Part shown: one piece after another, positions 19,755 to 30,483 of the stretch
Layout: the number at the start of each line of letters is the position of its first letter
Numbering within the stretch: position 1 is the first letter of the stretch
Source of the DNA: Candidatus Latescibacterota bacterium
GTDB taxonomy: Bacteria > Latescibacterota > UBA2968
Assembly (NCBI GenBank): GCA_965207885.1
Contig: OZ242311.1
Coordinates: forward strand, 1,504,001-1,568,000
Direction: 5' to 3'
Length of the DNA stretch: 64,000 nt
Notes under the pieces: generated by a model
Seen by the model: the letters and a program-made list of their open reading frames with translations, nothing else
The model's database searches: none
Told to the model about the DNA's origin: nothing
Translations under genes and position numbers: made by a program

Positions 19755-21562
19755 GCGATAAGTTCCTCCAGACCTGTATTGAGCAAGCGTGAAAACTGCG
19801 AATTTGAATCTGCGACGAGATCTTTGCGAAGGCCAAATTCACCCACCTGCCCGTCGTCGAGAATGAGGATATTATCCACGCGCTCTACAGTCTCAAGGCG
19901 ATGCGCGATAATAATACCCGTGCGATTTTGCAACAGGCGTTCCACCGCAAAATTGATATTCTGCTCGGTTGCGGGATCGAGCCGCGATGAAGGCTCGTCC
20001 AGAATGACCAGACCGGGATCTTTGAGGAAAACGCGGGCAAAGGCGAGCAACTGGGCTTCGCCAGCCGAGAGACTGCCCGAGACGAGTTCGGTATCCAACC
20101 CCCCGGACAAGGACGCATACCATGCACCAAGGCCGAGTTCATCGAGTATAGCGACGATTTTTTTATCCGAAACATCGGGCCTAAAAAGGGTGAGATTATC
20201 GCGCACACTGGCATTGAAAAGTTGTACATCCTGCGTAACGAGACCAACGTGCTGCCGCAAATCGTCGAGCAAAATATCCCGGATATTTTGGTCTCCAATG
20301 CGAATTTGTCCGCGTTGAATATCGTAAAAGCGAAAAAGCAAGCGGGTAATCGTGGTCTTGCCACTGCCCGTGCGCCCCAACAAGCCGAGGGTTTTGCCCG
20401 GATCGAGAGCAAAGGAAATATTCTGCAAAACCGGATCGCCAGGGTTATACGCAAAATGGACATTCTCAAACGCGATACCCAAAGGCATTACCTCAAGTTT
20501 ACCAGAAGGAGCAGCAGATAATTTTTCATTCCCATCCCGAATGCGGGTCTGGATGCGGTGGAGTTCTTCAATGCGTTTAAGCCCGGCGGTTGCGCGTTGC
20601 AAATCGTTGATTTGCTGGCTAATTTGAAAAAGCGGTTCGCGCAACATCGACGTGTAGTGAAAAATGAGAAAGACCGCGCCAATTGTAAACGTACCCTCCC
20701 GATAAAGCCAGATACCCATGCCCATTGCAAGCGCGTAACCGAGCGCGAACATAATGCCGGTAATCGCACGCAATCCTTCGCTCATAATTTCGGATTTCTT
20801 CACGCGGGCAAAAACGCCGTTATTGACCCCGTAAAACCGATTCACAGTGTAGTCGCCTGCACCATTTGTGCGGATGTCTTCAAGGCCGAGCAATCGCTCT
20901 TCGATAAAACCGTAAAGACGCGCATAACTTTCGCGTTCAGCCGTATAAATGGGCACAGCAATATTGCGCGTGAGATTAAAAACAATAAAAGCGAGAATCG
21001 AAAAAGCCGTCAGCGCTGCGCCCACGCGCCAATCTTCGCGAAAGACGAGAATGAGGACGCCCAAAAGAAAAAATGAGCTTCCAATAACATGAATGACAAA
21101 TTGCGAAAAAAAATTAGAAAGCGCCGTCGTATCGCCGTCAACGCGCTCGATCATCTCGCCCGGCGTATGCGCGTGGTGAAAGCCCATATCGAGATTGAGG
21201 CAGTGGTGCGCGAGCGTATTCCGCATCTGATTCGTCGCGCGCCAGCCCACGTCCTGCCCCAAATAAGAACTCACAATTTGCACACCCTGGCGGATAATGC
21301 CAATAGCGAGAAAGGCAATACCCGCCCATACCAGATTTTGGACAGCACCATCTGCCTGCGCCGTATCGATAAAATATCGAACGATTTGGGGATTGAGCAG
21401 ATTGAGACCAATACCGGTGAACATGAAAACGCCGAGAAAAACAACGCGCTTCCAATGGGGGCGAAGATAGTGTATCAGGAGGGTGGCATAATGCCTGAGA
21501 GGGACGCGTTCCAAGAGGATTCCCGAAGTGGGTGAAAAAAAATGGACATCCAAATCGCTCAA
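19751..21562 (-). CDS. ABC exporter, fused permease/ATPase (subunit A of heterodimer)
   Basis: [23 protein letters not shown]; 4-nt overlap with partner. Confidence 0.92.
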   Translation of the reverse strand: MSDLDVHFFSPTSGILLERVPLRHYATLLIHYLRPHWKRVVFLGVFMFTGIGLNLLNPQIVRYFIDTAQADGAVQNLVWAGIAFLAIGIIRQGVQIVSSYLGQDVGWRATNQMRNTLAHHCLNLDMGFHHAHTPGEMIERVDGDTTALSNFFSQFVIHVIGSSFFLLGVLILVFREDWRVGAALTAFSILAFIVFNLTRNIAVPIYTAERESYARLYGFIEERLLGLEDIRTNGAGDYTVNRFYGVNNGVFARVKKSEIMSEGLRAITGIMFALGYALAMGMGIWLYREGTFTIGAVFLIFHYTSMLREPLFQISQQINDLQRATAGLKRIEELHRIQTRIRDGNEKLSAAPSGKLEVMPLGIAFENVHFAYNPGDPVLQNISFALDPGKTLGLLGRTGSGKTTITRLLFRFYDIQRGQIRIGDQNIRDILLDDLRQHVGLVTQDVQLFNASVRDNLTLFRPDVSDKKIVAILDELGLGAWYASLSGGLDTELVSGSLSAGEAQLLAFARVFLKDPGLVILDEPSSRLDPATEQNINFAVERLLQNRTGIIIAHRLETVERVDNILILDDGQVGEFGLRKDLVADSNSQFSRLLNTGLEELIA

Positions 21563-21647
21563 AGTTCTTGAAAATTAAGAGGTCGCATGTTAATTTCCAA
21601 ATGAAATTTAATCACTAACACTGTAATCCAACTTATCTTTTCGTGAA

Positions 21648-22934
21648 ATGCCTCCCAAATTCATTCCCCTTCTAAAAAACACGGGCCTCGACATCCATTG
21701 GGAAAAATCCGCCGCAACATTCCCCGGCAACCTCCCCTTTCTTCAGCCCGAAGCCATCCGCGAAAACGGCGACTGGGCAAATCTTCCGCCCAACGCCATA
21801 AACTTCGCAATCCGCGCCGCCAAACAAATCGCCGCCGATCCCGACCTCGCGCACATGGCCTGGCATGCCCATCGCCTGCTCTTCATCGACAAAAGCACCC
21901 AGAACTCGGCAACCCGCGACTGGCCCCTCCTCGCCCCCGTACTCGGCAATTACGGCGGCGCCTTTTATCTCCTCATCGCGCTCTCGGGCATACCACAACT
22001 CCGCACCTACCACCAATCGCGCGACATACCCGAACACATCACCCGCCTCACCTGCCGCGACACGTACGTCTGGGCGCAACAATACCACGACATCGGCATC
22101 TTCAAAAACGATCGTTTCTTCCACCCGGGCAATCCTGGCGCATGGGGGCTATGCACGCGCATCTTGCCCTGGCTACTCGGCCATCTCAACGGCGACCTCT
22201 ATCGCGTAGGACGCCTGCAATACAAAATCGGACCCTTTCGCCAGAAAATGCGCGCGTACCGCCATCGCACCTCTACACATCTGTGTCTCCTGTGCGAATC
22301 CGGATTGGAATTTCGCACCGACGGCAACTTCAACGGCGCGGGCGAACGGGAAGACCCACAAGCCTGGACATCTGAACGCACCGAAACCGCGACCCATATC
22401 ATCGGCAATCCCATACACCCCAACGGCCACGCACAACGCCAGCCGGTCGGCCTCCCTCGCGCTCACTGGAATTGCGTCCTCACTGAAGGCGATCCCATCC
22501 TCGAAATTCACATCCCCGAAGACGGACCAATGGCATTTGAAAATTGCGGCGACTCCCTCCGTCAGGTCGCCAAATTCTTCCCCAAACACTTCCCCGACCG
22601 TCCCTTCAAAGCGATCTGTTGCACATCCTGGTTCCTCGACCCCACGTACCAGAACTTACTCTCCAAAAATTCCAACATCGCTCGCTTCCAGCGCGAATGT
22701 TATCTCTTCCCACTCAACTCGCGCAGCAAATACAGCAGCCTCGATCGCATCTTCGGTCCCTATGTCCACGACCTCTCCACAGCCCCGCGCGACAGCAGCA
22801 TGAGAGCCGCGGTACTCGATCACATCGAAAACGGCGGCTGTCTCATCAGCGGAGGCTGCCTCCTCTGGACAGACCACCTCGACAAATGGGGCACCCAATT
22901 TTATCTCCATCAATCTCCCAGTCCCCAAAGTTGA
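21648..22934 (+). CDS. Acyltransferase-domain protein (GNAT-like C-terminal)
   Basis: YRVGRLQY, LEIHIP, CTSWFLDP, SNIARFQ motifs. Confidence 0.75.
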   Translation: MPPKFIPLLKNTGLDIHWEKSAATFPGNLPFLQPEAIRENGDWANLPPNAINFAIRAAKQIAADPDLAHMAWHAHRLLFIDKSTQNSATRDWPLLAPVLGNYGGAFYLLIALSGIPQLRTYHQSRDIPEHITRLTCRDTYVWAQQYHDIGIFKNDRFFHPGNPGAWGLCTRILPWLLGHLNGDLYRVGRLQYKIGPFRQKMRAYRHRTSTHLCLLCESGLEFRTDGNFNGAGEREDPQAWTSERTETATHIIGNPIHPNGHAQRQPVGLPRAHWNCVLTEGDPILEIHIPEDGPMAFENCGDSLRQVAKFFPKHFPDRPFKAICCTSWFLDPTYQNLLSKNSNIARFQRECYLFPLNSRSKYSSLDRIFGPYVHDLSTAPRDSSMRAAVLDHIENGGCLISGGCLLWTDHLDKWGTQFYLHQSPSPQS

Positions 22935-22959
22935 CATCTTCTCAAACACATATTACCTT
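22931..22959 (+). promoter_or_regulatory. Putative sigma70 promoter of ABC-2 operon
   Basis: TTGACA-N17-TACCTT. Confidence 0.45.
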
Positions 22960-23048
22960 TCGCCTCACAAATAACACCCTCGCCACTCGTATCCCCGTGT
23001 CTTTGTGTCTTTGTGTGAGACATTTATCCAATCCCATATCTTTCGCCC

Positions 23049-24023
23049 ATGTCCAACACCCCCGACATCGCCGTTCAAAATCTCCGAAAAACTTATGAAG
23101 TGCCCCAGCGAGAACCCGGATTGGGCGCAGCGATCAAAAGCCTTGTCTCGCGCACCACACGCGACGTCGAAGCTGTAAAAAATATCTCCTTTGACGTTGC
23201 CCCAGGCGAAATCGTCGGATTCTTGGGACCCAATGGCGCCGGCAAAACCACCACCCTCAAAATGCTCTCCGGCTTGCTCCACCCTACAGCCGGCGAAATC
23301 TCAGTCATTGGACACACGCCTTATGCGCGCCACAAAAATTTCCTCAACCGCATCACCCTCGTCATGGGCCAGCGCAACCAGCTCATGTGGGACATCCCCG
23401 TAGCCGATTCTTTTGAACGCAACCGCGCAATCTATCGCATTTCTCACGGCGAATACAACAAAACCCTCGACGAACTCAGCGCCTTACTCGACCTGAGCGA
23501 TCTGCTTTCCAAACCCGTGCGCAATCTCTCATTGGGCGAACGAATGAAATGCGAAATCGCCGCAGCCCTGCTCCACCGCCCAAAGATTCTCTTCCTCGAC
23601 GAACCCACCATTGGCCTCGACGTCACCATGCAGCGCCGCATCCGCGCCTTCCTGGGCGAATACAACCGCCGCCACAGCGCCACCGTATTGCTCACCTCGC
23701 ATTACATGGCCGATGTCGAAGCCCTGTGCAAGCGCGTCATTGTCATTCACCACGGCGAATTGCTCTTTGATGGTGATTTAAATGCCCTTATCGAACGCTT
23801 TTCACCTCACAAAACCATAGTCGTTGATCTCGAAACCGAACGCGCCGACCTCTCTTCCTACGGCGAAGTCGTCACCGCCGAGGGCAACAGCGTAACCCTG
23901 CGCGTACCAAAAGCAAAAACCGCCGATGTCACCGGAAAATTGCTCGCCAATCTGCCCATCATCGACCTCACAGTTGAAGATCCACCCATAGAGGAAGCCA
24001 TCGAACAGGTGTTTTCAAATTGA
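23049..24023 (+). CDS. ABC transporter ATP-binding protein
   Basis: GPNGAGKT, LSLGE, FLDEPT. Confidence 0.93.
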   Translation: MSNTPDIAVQNLRKTYEVPQREPGLGAAIKSLVSRTTRDVEAVKNISFDVAPGEIVGFLGPNGAGKTTTLKMLSGLLHPTAGEISVIGHTPYARHKNFLNRITLVMGQRNQLMWDIPVADSFERNRAIYRISHGEYNKTLDELSALLDLSDLLSKPVRNLSLGERMKCEIAAALLHRPKILFLDEPTIGLDVTMQRRIRAFLGEYNRRHSATVLLTSHYMADVEALCKRVIVIHHGELLFDGDLNALIERFSPHKTIVVDLETERADLSSYGEVVTAEGNSVTLRVPKAKTADVTGKLLANLPIIDLTVEDPPIEEAIEQVFSN

Positions 24024-24823
24024 AACATTATACCACCATCTACTGGGCCTTTTTCAAGACCTCATTGCTCGAACAATTTCAATATCGCGCCGCCATGGCG
24101 ATATGGATGATCGGTCGCATACTCGAACCCATCATCTACCTCACCGTATGGACGACAGTCGCCCACGCACGCGGAGGCAGTGTGGGGTCCTATACACCGG
24201 CCGACTTTGCCGCTTATTACATCGTCCTCATGCTCGTCAACCAATTCACATTTTCCTGGATCATGCACATATACGACTTTCGCATTCGCCAGGGCGAACT
24301 CTCCAACTTCTTGCTCAAACCCATACACCCCATACACGCCGACATTGCCGAGAATATCGCGTACAAAGTCATGACCGCCATCATCATTTTTCCCACGGCA
24401 ACTTTGCTCTTCTTTCTCTTTGACCCCAACCTCGCCTTTCACATCCAGACATTCGCCGTCTTTTTACTCGCACTGGGCATGGCGTTCTTCATGCGATTCT
24501 TCATCGAATGGACCCTCGCCCTCGTCGCCTTCTGGACCACGCGCAACGAAGCTATTAATCAGATGTACTTCACACTCGGCCTATTTCTCTCCGGACGCAT
24601 CGCACCCATCGATCTGCTACCGGATGCCATCCAGACCCTCGCCGACGCGCTCCCCTTTCGCTGGGCTATTGCATTTCCCGTCGAACTCATGCTCGGTCGT
24701 CTCTCACAAGAACAAATCTGGAACGGATTCACCATGCAAGCCGTTTGGCTGCTCGCGGGTTTTCTGTTAATCCAACTCACCTGGCGGTCAGGCGTCAAAA
24801 AATACTCGGCAGTTGGATCATAA
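24020..24823 (+). CDS. ABC-2 family permease
   Basis: About 6 TM, IRQGELSNFLLKP; overlaps ATPase stop. Confidence 0.85.
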   Translation: MKHYTTIYWAFFKTSLLEQFQYRAAMAIWMIGRILEPIIYLTVWTTVAHARGGSVGSYTPADFAAYYIVLMLVNQFTFSWIMHIYDFRIRQGELSNFLLKPIHPIHADIAENIAYKVMTAIIIFPTATLLFFLFDPNLAFHIQTFAVFLLALGMAFFMRFFIEWTLALVAFWTTRNEAINQMYFTLGLFLSGRIAPIDLLPDAIQTLADALPFRWAIAFPVELMLGRLSQEQIWNGFTMQAVWLLAGFLLIQLTWRSGVKKYSAVGS

Positions 24824-24834
24824 GGAATTCATCC

Positions 24835-25620
24835 ATGTACTACTTAAAACTAATATGGACCTTCTTCCGCATTGGCGTCCTCAACGAAATGGCCTATCGC
24901 GTGAACTTCTACGTCCAACTCCTGCAATCCCTCCTCAGCCTGGGCACAGCCATCGCGGGTCTGGCAATCGTATTTTCACACACCGATACCCTCGGCGGAT
25001 GGCAGGCCGTTGATATCCTCGCACTACTCGGCGTATTTATGTTTGTAGGTGGCGTGATAGGCATGGTCATATCTCCGAGCATGAGCCAGCTCATGGACGA
25101 TGTGCTACGAGGCCTATTCGACTACACCCTCACCAAACCGTGCGACGCGCAATTCCTCGCCAGCATCTCGCAAATCCGCGTATGGCGGCTCACCGATATT
25201 CTACTCGGCGCGGGCGTGCTCATCGCCGCGCTGATCTATCGGGGACTCGATATTGGTCCGCGGGAAGCCCTCGCCTTCGCCTTTGTCCTCTGTACGGGAG
25301 GCAGCATCATCTACAGCTTCTGGCTCATGCTCGCCACCCTCACCTTCTGGTTCTTGCGTATCGAAAACATCCTCCACATCTTCCAGAGCATGTACGAAGC
25401 CGGCCGCTGGCCCATTGGCATCTACCCCCACTGGCTGCGCTATATCCTCACATTCCTCGTACCCGTGGCATTTGCCATCACAGTACCCGCGGAAGCACTC
25501 TCAGGTCGCCTGACACCCGAAAGCACGATCACATCTGGCCTGCTGTGTATCTTTCTCATCGCATTCTCGCGCTGGTTCTGGAAACGCGGCCTAAAAAACT
25601 ACTCCGGCGCATCGGCATAA
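24835..25620 (+). CDS. ABC-2 family permease
   Basis: YRVNF, GLFDYTLTKP, YSGASA; ATG after AAGGA. Confidence 0.85.
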   Translation: MYYLKLIWTFFRIGVLNEMAYRVNFYVQLLQSLLSLGTAIAGLAIVFSHTDTLGGWQAVDILALLGVFMFVGGVIGMVISPSMSQLMDDVLRGLFDYTLTKPCDAQFLASISQIRVWRLTDILLGAGVLIAALIYRGLDIGPREALAFAFVLCTGGSIIYSFWLMLATLTFWFLRIENILHIFQSMYEAGRWPIGIYPHWLRYILTFLVPVAFAITVPAEALSGRLTPESTITSGLLCIFLIAFSRWFWKRGLKNYSGASA

Positions 25621-25633
25621 TAGTCATGCCCGT

Positions 25634-25662
25634 TTGACTTTCCAGATTCTATCGGCTATTTT
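25634..25662 (+). promoter_or_regulatory. Putative sigma70 promoter of sugar catabolic operon
   Basis: TTGACT-N17-TATTTT, 44 nt before ATG 25707. Confidence 0.5.
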
Positions 25663-25706
25663 ACCCCTGCTTTCAACACCAGACAATACACATAAGGAGT
25701 TACAGA

Positions 25707-27365
25707 ATGGCCTACCAACTTCCCGAACTCGCCGAACCCGAAGCACCTGAAAAGAACGAAGTCGTACTCATTGCCAACGGCGACCTGCGCTTATCTGCCA
25801 ACCAGATGTGCTGGCCCGCACAAGAAGCAATGGAAAAAACCATCATAGCCGCAATCCAACGCGAAGGATGGAAAGTCCGCCGCGGACACCCCTACAAACA
25901 AGACGAGGAACACGGCTTTATCGGATCGCAAAAAGAGGGCATGGCCGTCTTCAAAAACATCCATCCCGACGCCCCCCTCATCGTAGCCGAAGCCGTCTGG
26001 CAATACAGCCACCACGTACTTCACGGCCTGATTTCACACCGCGGCCCCATCCTCACCCTTGCCAACTGGTCTGGACAATGGCCCGGCCTCGTCGGCATGC
26101 TCAACCTCAACGGCTCCCTCACCAAAGCCGGGGTTGAATACAGCACCCTGTGGAGCCTGGACTTTACCGACGACTTCTTCAAACGCGGCCTGCGCGAATG
26201 GCTCACCAGCGGCAGCGTCACCCATGACACCTCCCATGTACGCGACGCCAACACCTTCCGCCTGCCCGAAGCCGAAGCACAACTCGGACAGGCGCTGGCA
26301 GAACAACTCCAGAGCGAAAAAGCCATTATGGGCGTCTTTGACGAAGGCTGCATGGGCATGTTCAACGCCATCATCCCCGACCACTTGCTCAATCCCACAG
26401 GGGTCTTCAAAGAACGCCTCTCACAATCTGCACTCTGGGCAGAAATGCAAACCATCACAGATGCAGAAGCAAATGCTGTTCGCACTTGGCTCGAGCGCAA
26501 GGGCCTCACCTTTGTCACCGGCACAAACACCACCGATGAACTCACCGACGACCAGATCGCAATGCAATGCAAAATGTACATTGCCGCCGTACGCATTGCC
26601 GATGACTTTGGTTGCGCCACCATTGGCATTCAATATCAGCAGGGCCTCAAAGACCTGTGCCCGGCATCTGATCTGGTCGAAGGCATTCTCAACAACGCAG
26701 ATCGCCCCCCGGTCAAAGCGCGCGCCAATGGCCAGATCCTCTACGAAGGCGAAGCACTCCCGCATTTCAACGAAGTCGATGAATGCGCGGGCCTCGACGG
26801 CCTGATCACCAACCGCATCTGGAAAGCACTGGAGCAGCCACCCGAAAACACCTTACACGACCTGCGCTGGGGCGAACACTATCGGGGAAATGGCATTGAC
26901 GACTACGTATGGGTCTTTCTCATCTCTGGCGGCGCGCCGCCCGCACACTATATCGGCGGCTACAAAGGCACCTCTTCCGAACGCCAGCCCAACATGTATT
27001 TCCCTCTCGGCGGCGGCACCTGCAAAGGCGTGAGCAAACCCGGCGAAATCGTCTGGAGCCGCATCTTCGTCCAAAATGGCGAACTGCACATGGACATTGG
27101 CCGCGGTGGCGTCGTAGAACTCCCACAACCAGAAACCGACCGCCGCTGGCGTGCCACCACCCCGCAGTGGCCCATTATGCACGCCGTCACCTACGGCATC
27201 TCCCGCGACCAGATGATGGCGCGCCACAAAGCCAACCACATCCAGGTCGCCTATGCCCAATCAGCACAGGCCGCCAACAACGCGCTGGCCGTAAAAATCG
27301 CCATGATGCAAGCATTGGGCGTCAAAGTTCATCTGTGTGGCACAAATAACGGATTGGTGGATTGA
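25707..27365 (+). CDS. L-fucose/L-arabinose isomerase-like protein
   Basis: [27 protein letters not shown] motifs. Confidence 0.78.
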   Translation: MAYQLPELAEPEAPEKNEVVLIANGDLRLSANQMCWPAQEAMEKTIIAAIQREGWKVRRGHPYKQDEEHGFIGSQKEGMAVFKNIHPDAPLIVAEAVWQYSHHVLHGLISHRGPILTLANWSGQWPGLVGMLNLNGSLTKAGVEYSTLWSLDFTDDFFKRGLREWLTSGSVTHDTSHVRDANTFRLPEAEAQLGQALAEQLQSEKAIMGVFDEGCMGMFNAIIPDHLLNPTGVFKERLSQSALWAEMQTITDAEANAVRTWLERKGLTFVTGTNTTDELTDDQIAMQCKMYIAAVRIADDFGCATIGIQYQQGLKDLCPASDLVEGILNNADRPPVKARANGQILYEGEALPHFNEVDECAGLDGLITNRIWKALEQPPENTLHDLRWGEHYRGNGIDDYVWVFLISGGAPPAHYIGGYKGTSSERQPNMYFPLGGGTCKGVSKPGEIVWSRIFVQNGELHMDIGRGGVVELPQPETDRRWRATTPQWPIMHAVTYGISRDQMMARHKANHIQVAYAQSAQAANNALAVKIAMMQALGVKVHLCGTNNGLVD

Positions 27366-27366
27366 C

Positions 27367-28377
27367 ATGGACCGTGTTCGTATTGGCGTTATCGGCGTGG
27401 GCAATATCGCCCGCAATTACCATTTACCCCCTGTACACGCACTCCCAAATGCCGAACTCGTCGCCGTTGCAGACCTCGACGAATCGCTCAGATTAAGAGC
27501 ACAGAAGCAATTCGGCTTTCGCGATGCGTACACTGATTACCGCTGCATTTTAGACCGCGACGACATTCACGCCATCATGCTCCTCACCCGCGTGAATACA
27601 CGCACCGAAATCATTCCCGCAGCCCTCGAAGCGGGCAAACACGTCTTCACCCAAAAGCCCTTTGCACTGACAAATGAAGACGCTGAATTTCTCGCTCAGG
27701 CAGCCAGGCGCACGGGCAATCGCCTCGTCTGCAGCTTCATGCATCGCTACTTTTCGCATACTCAGGGCGCGCGTCGAATCCTGAAAGAGGGCAAAATCGG
27801 CCGCCTCGAAATGGTGCGCCATCGCAACTGCATCGGCAGCCGCTACGACAACGCCGTTCGCTTGTGGGGCGGTGTCCTCGACATCGGTACACACGGCATA
27901 GACGTCATCCGGTATCTCACCGAACAAGACGTCGTCAAAGTGCAAGCCATGATGGACCCCTATCTAACCAATGCAAACCTGCCGATAGACCCCACCATCA
28001 ACCGCCCCAATGAAACCGTGGCCATCATGAATTTTGAAATGTCTGGCGGTACCCTCGTCACCTTTGAAATGCACTGGACCCAACGCGGTGGCGCAGGAGC
28101 CTATTACGCCGAACACTACGGCGATGACGGCTCGATGTTCATCAAACATCCCATTGCCCCGGCAACCCTCGTTTACACCCAGGGCCGCAAAGGCGACTGG
28201 ATTCAACCCGACCTCGAACAGCATCCCAAAGGCCACCTGCACCACAAAATCTTCATAGACGACATCCTCAACAACACCTGTGAAAGTGCCACCCCCGAAG
28301 ATGCCGTAGCCACCGTAAAAATTATCAACGCCGCCTACGAAGCGGCACAAACTGGAAAAACAATCACTGTAGGCTAA
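27367..28377 (+). CDS. Gfo/Idh/MocA oxidoreductase
   Basis: IGVIGVGNIA, GKHVFTQKP, GGVLDIGTHGID. Confidence 0.88.
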   Translation: MDRVRIGVIGVGNIARNYHLPPVHALPNAELVAVADLDESLRLRAQKQFGFRDAYTDYRCILDRDDIHAIMLLTRVNTRTEIIPAALEAGKHVFTQKPFALTNEDAEFLAQAARRTGNRLVCSFMHRYFSHTQGARRILKEGKIGRLEMVRHRNCIGSRYDNAVRLWGGVLDIGTHGIDVIRYLTEQDVVKVQAMMDPYLTNANLPIDPTINRPNETVAIMNFEMSGGTLVTFEMHWTQRGGAGAYYAEHYGDDGSMFIKHPIAPATLVYTQGRKGDWIQPDLEQHPKGHLHHKIFIDDILNNTCESATPEDAVATVKIINAAYEAAQTGKTITVG

Positions 28378-28394
28378 AAAAAGGACATAGTACC

Positions 28395-29339
28395 ATGAGA
28401 ATCGCGCTCGTCATCCGACCATTCACCGATGAAAACCTCCAGACCGCGCTTCAAATGGGCGTGGAAGATGTCGTAACCGTCTTACCCAATGCTGGCCCCG
28501 TATGGGATTATCTCGCCATCTTGCGCCACAAAAAACGCATTGAAGACCAGGGCTTGCGCTGGTCTGTGGTCGAATCTGTTCCCATCTCGGACAATATCAA
28601 ACTGGGCCTTGAAGACCGCGACAGAGAAATCGACAACTACTGCCAGACCATCCGCAACCTCGGCGCAGCGGGCATTCCCGTAATGTGTTACAACTGGATG
28701 GCTGTCTTTAACTGGATGCGCACCTCGATGACCACCCGCACGCGCGGCAATGCCCTGACCAGTACTTACGATCACGGCGACATGGAAGACGCGCCATCCA
28801 TCACCGACTATGGCGACATCACCGAAGAACGCCTCTGGGAAAACCTCGAATACTTCCTCAAAAGAGTAATACCCGTTGCCGAAGAAGCCGGCGTCAAACA
28901 GGGCCTGCACCCCGACGACCCGCCGCTCTCACCCATTCGCGGCGTTGCCCGCATCATCACCAGCCCCGAAGCCTATGATCGCGTCATCTCTTTTATCCCC
29001 AGCGAATACAATGGCCTCACCTATTGCCAGGGCAACTTCAAAGCCATGGGTGCCGACATCCCGGCCACCATACACCACTTCAAAGACCACATCCACTTCG
29101 CCCACTTCCGCGACCTCCATGGCCAGGTACCCACCTTCTCCGAATCCTTTCACGACGACGGCGACACCGACATGGCAGAAGCTATTCGCGCGTACAAAGC
29201 AATCGGATTTAAAGGCGTTGTCCGCCCCGACCACACGCCCACCTTTGCGATTGACCAGGAAGATACAGGAGGCTACAACTTCCTCGGAAGGCTCTATGCA
29301 GTCGGTTATATGCGTGGTCTCATCCATGGAACAGGCTAA
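28395..29339 (+). CDS. uxuA: Mannonate dehydratase
   Basis: CYNWM, LHPDDPP, HFAHFRD, RPDH, YAVGYMRGL. Confidence 0.88.
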   Translation: MRIALVIRPFTDENLQTALQMGVEDVVTVLPNAGPVWDYLAILRHKKRIEDQGLRWSVVESVPISDNIKLGLEDRDREIDNYCQTIRNLGAAGIPVMCYNWMAVFNWMRTSMTTRTRGNALTSTYDHGDMEDAPSITDYGDITEERLWENLEYFLKRVIPVAEEAGVKQGLHPDDPPLSPIRGVARIITSPEAYDRVISFIPSEYNGLTYCQGNFKAMGADIPATIHHFKDHIHFAHFRDLHGQVPTFSESFHDDGDTDMAEAIRAYKAIGFKGVVRPDHTPTFAIDQEDTGGYNFLGRLYAVGYMRGLIHGTG

Positions 29340-29342
29340 TCC

Positions 29343-29376
29343 AAAAAAAGGCTGCGATCTTTCGACCGCAGCCTTT
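29343..29376. terminator. Intrinsic terminator between convergent genes
   Basis: AAAAAAAGGCTGCG-loop-CGCAGCCTTT. Confidence 0.8.
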
Positions 29377-29401
29377 AGTGTATCTGGTGGGAGAGCTTCT
29401 C

Positions 29402-30457
29402 TCAGAATCCAAGCCCCACAGTCAACCAGTGATTATCCTGAAAGTACTCTGTCTTGCCAAAGGCATAATCCACCTGAAAAGCCATATTGCCCATGGGCAC
29501 ATTCAGACCAAAGCCAAACGTCGGGCCGAGAATATATTCCTTCTTGAACCCGCTGGGCAGGGCATCACCTGTTGGAGAAGCAACATATCCTCCGCGCAAC
29601 TGAAGAATTTGCTTCATCGAATACTCAACGCCAGCCTGATATTCGTCAGTCGCCAGATTGTTATTGCGGAAGGTCGCCGAAAAAATAGCTTTGCCCAGCG
29701 CATCTTCATAGAAAGCATAGGAAAAACCGATTTCTATGGACGTGGGCAACTCAGCCGCTGCCAGTGACGTGCGGAAACTGCGCGACCCGGCCTGGGGATC
29801 GGCCTCTGGAACAGCGTCTTGCAATTTCACCACCCGATCCAGATCCGGACCATCAAACCGCAGATCGGGACCAAAATTTTGCATGGCAATACCCAGCGTC
29901 AGACCTTTGAGTGCGGTTTTGTACTGGAAGCCAAAGTCAAACGCCAGGCCATTGGCGACCTCGCGCTTAATCGCCTCGTGGATATATTTGATCGTGGTGC
30001 CAAACGACACGCGATCTGTCAGCAACTGCGAATACGTAAATGTCACACACGAAAATCTCGGCGAGAGCACCTCGCCCGTGCCTTCGGGCGACTCCTCGGT
30101 CGTCACAATAATATCGCCCACCGCAAACACGCGGGCACTGATCCCCACCGAAATATCATCTCGCAGACGCGTGGTAATCGCAAAATAGTTCACATTCATA
30201 TCTGCGATATAATCCAGATATGAAAATATGGCTTCGCGCTTGTGCGTTCCAAATACCAATCCCGAGGGATTCCACTGCAATGCCTCGGCACCCTTTACAT
30301 GGGCCAGTATGGCACCTCCAAGTGCTGTACCGCGCGATCCAATAGGAATGCGCAACTCTTGTGCCGCGGCTGTGCCGATGCGGCTCTCATCGCCTGCACG
30401 GGCATCCTGAGCGATCAATGCCAGCGCGGCAAACAGAAAAATCATCTTCCTGAACAT
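29402..30457 (-). CDS. PorV/PorQ (UPF0164) family outer-membrane beta-barrel
   Basis: Signal peptide, LRIPIGSRGTALGGA, WNPSGL, C-terminal VGLGF. Confidence 0.85.
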   Translation of the reverse strand: MFRKMIFLFAALALIAQDARAGDESRIGTAAAQELRIPIGSRGTALGGAILAHVKGAEALQWNPSGLVFGTHKREAIFSYLDYIADMNVNYFAITTRLRDDISVGISARVFAVGDIIVTTEESPEGTGEVLSPRFSCVTFTYSQLLTDRVSFGTTIKYIHEAIKREVANGLAFDFGFQYKTALKGLTLGIAMQNFGPDLRFDGPDLDRVVKLQDAVPEADPQAGSRSFRTSLAAAELPTSIEIGFSYAFYEDALGKAIFSATFRNNNLATDEYQAGVEYSMKQILQLRGGYVASPTGDALPSGFKKEYILGPTFGFGLNVPMGNMAFQVDYAFGKTEYFQDNHWLTVGLGF

Positions 30458-30483
30458 AAGTTATTCCTCCATTCAGCGGTTCG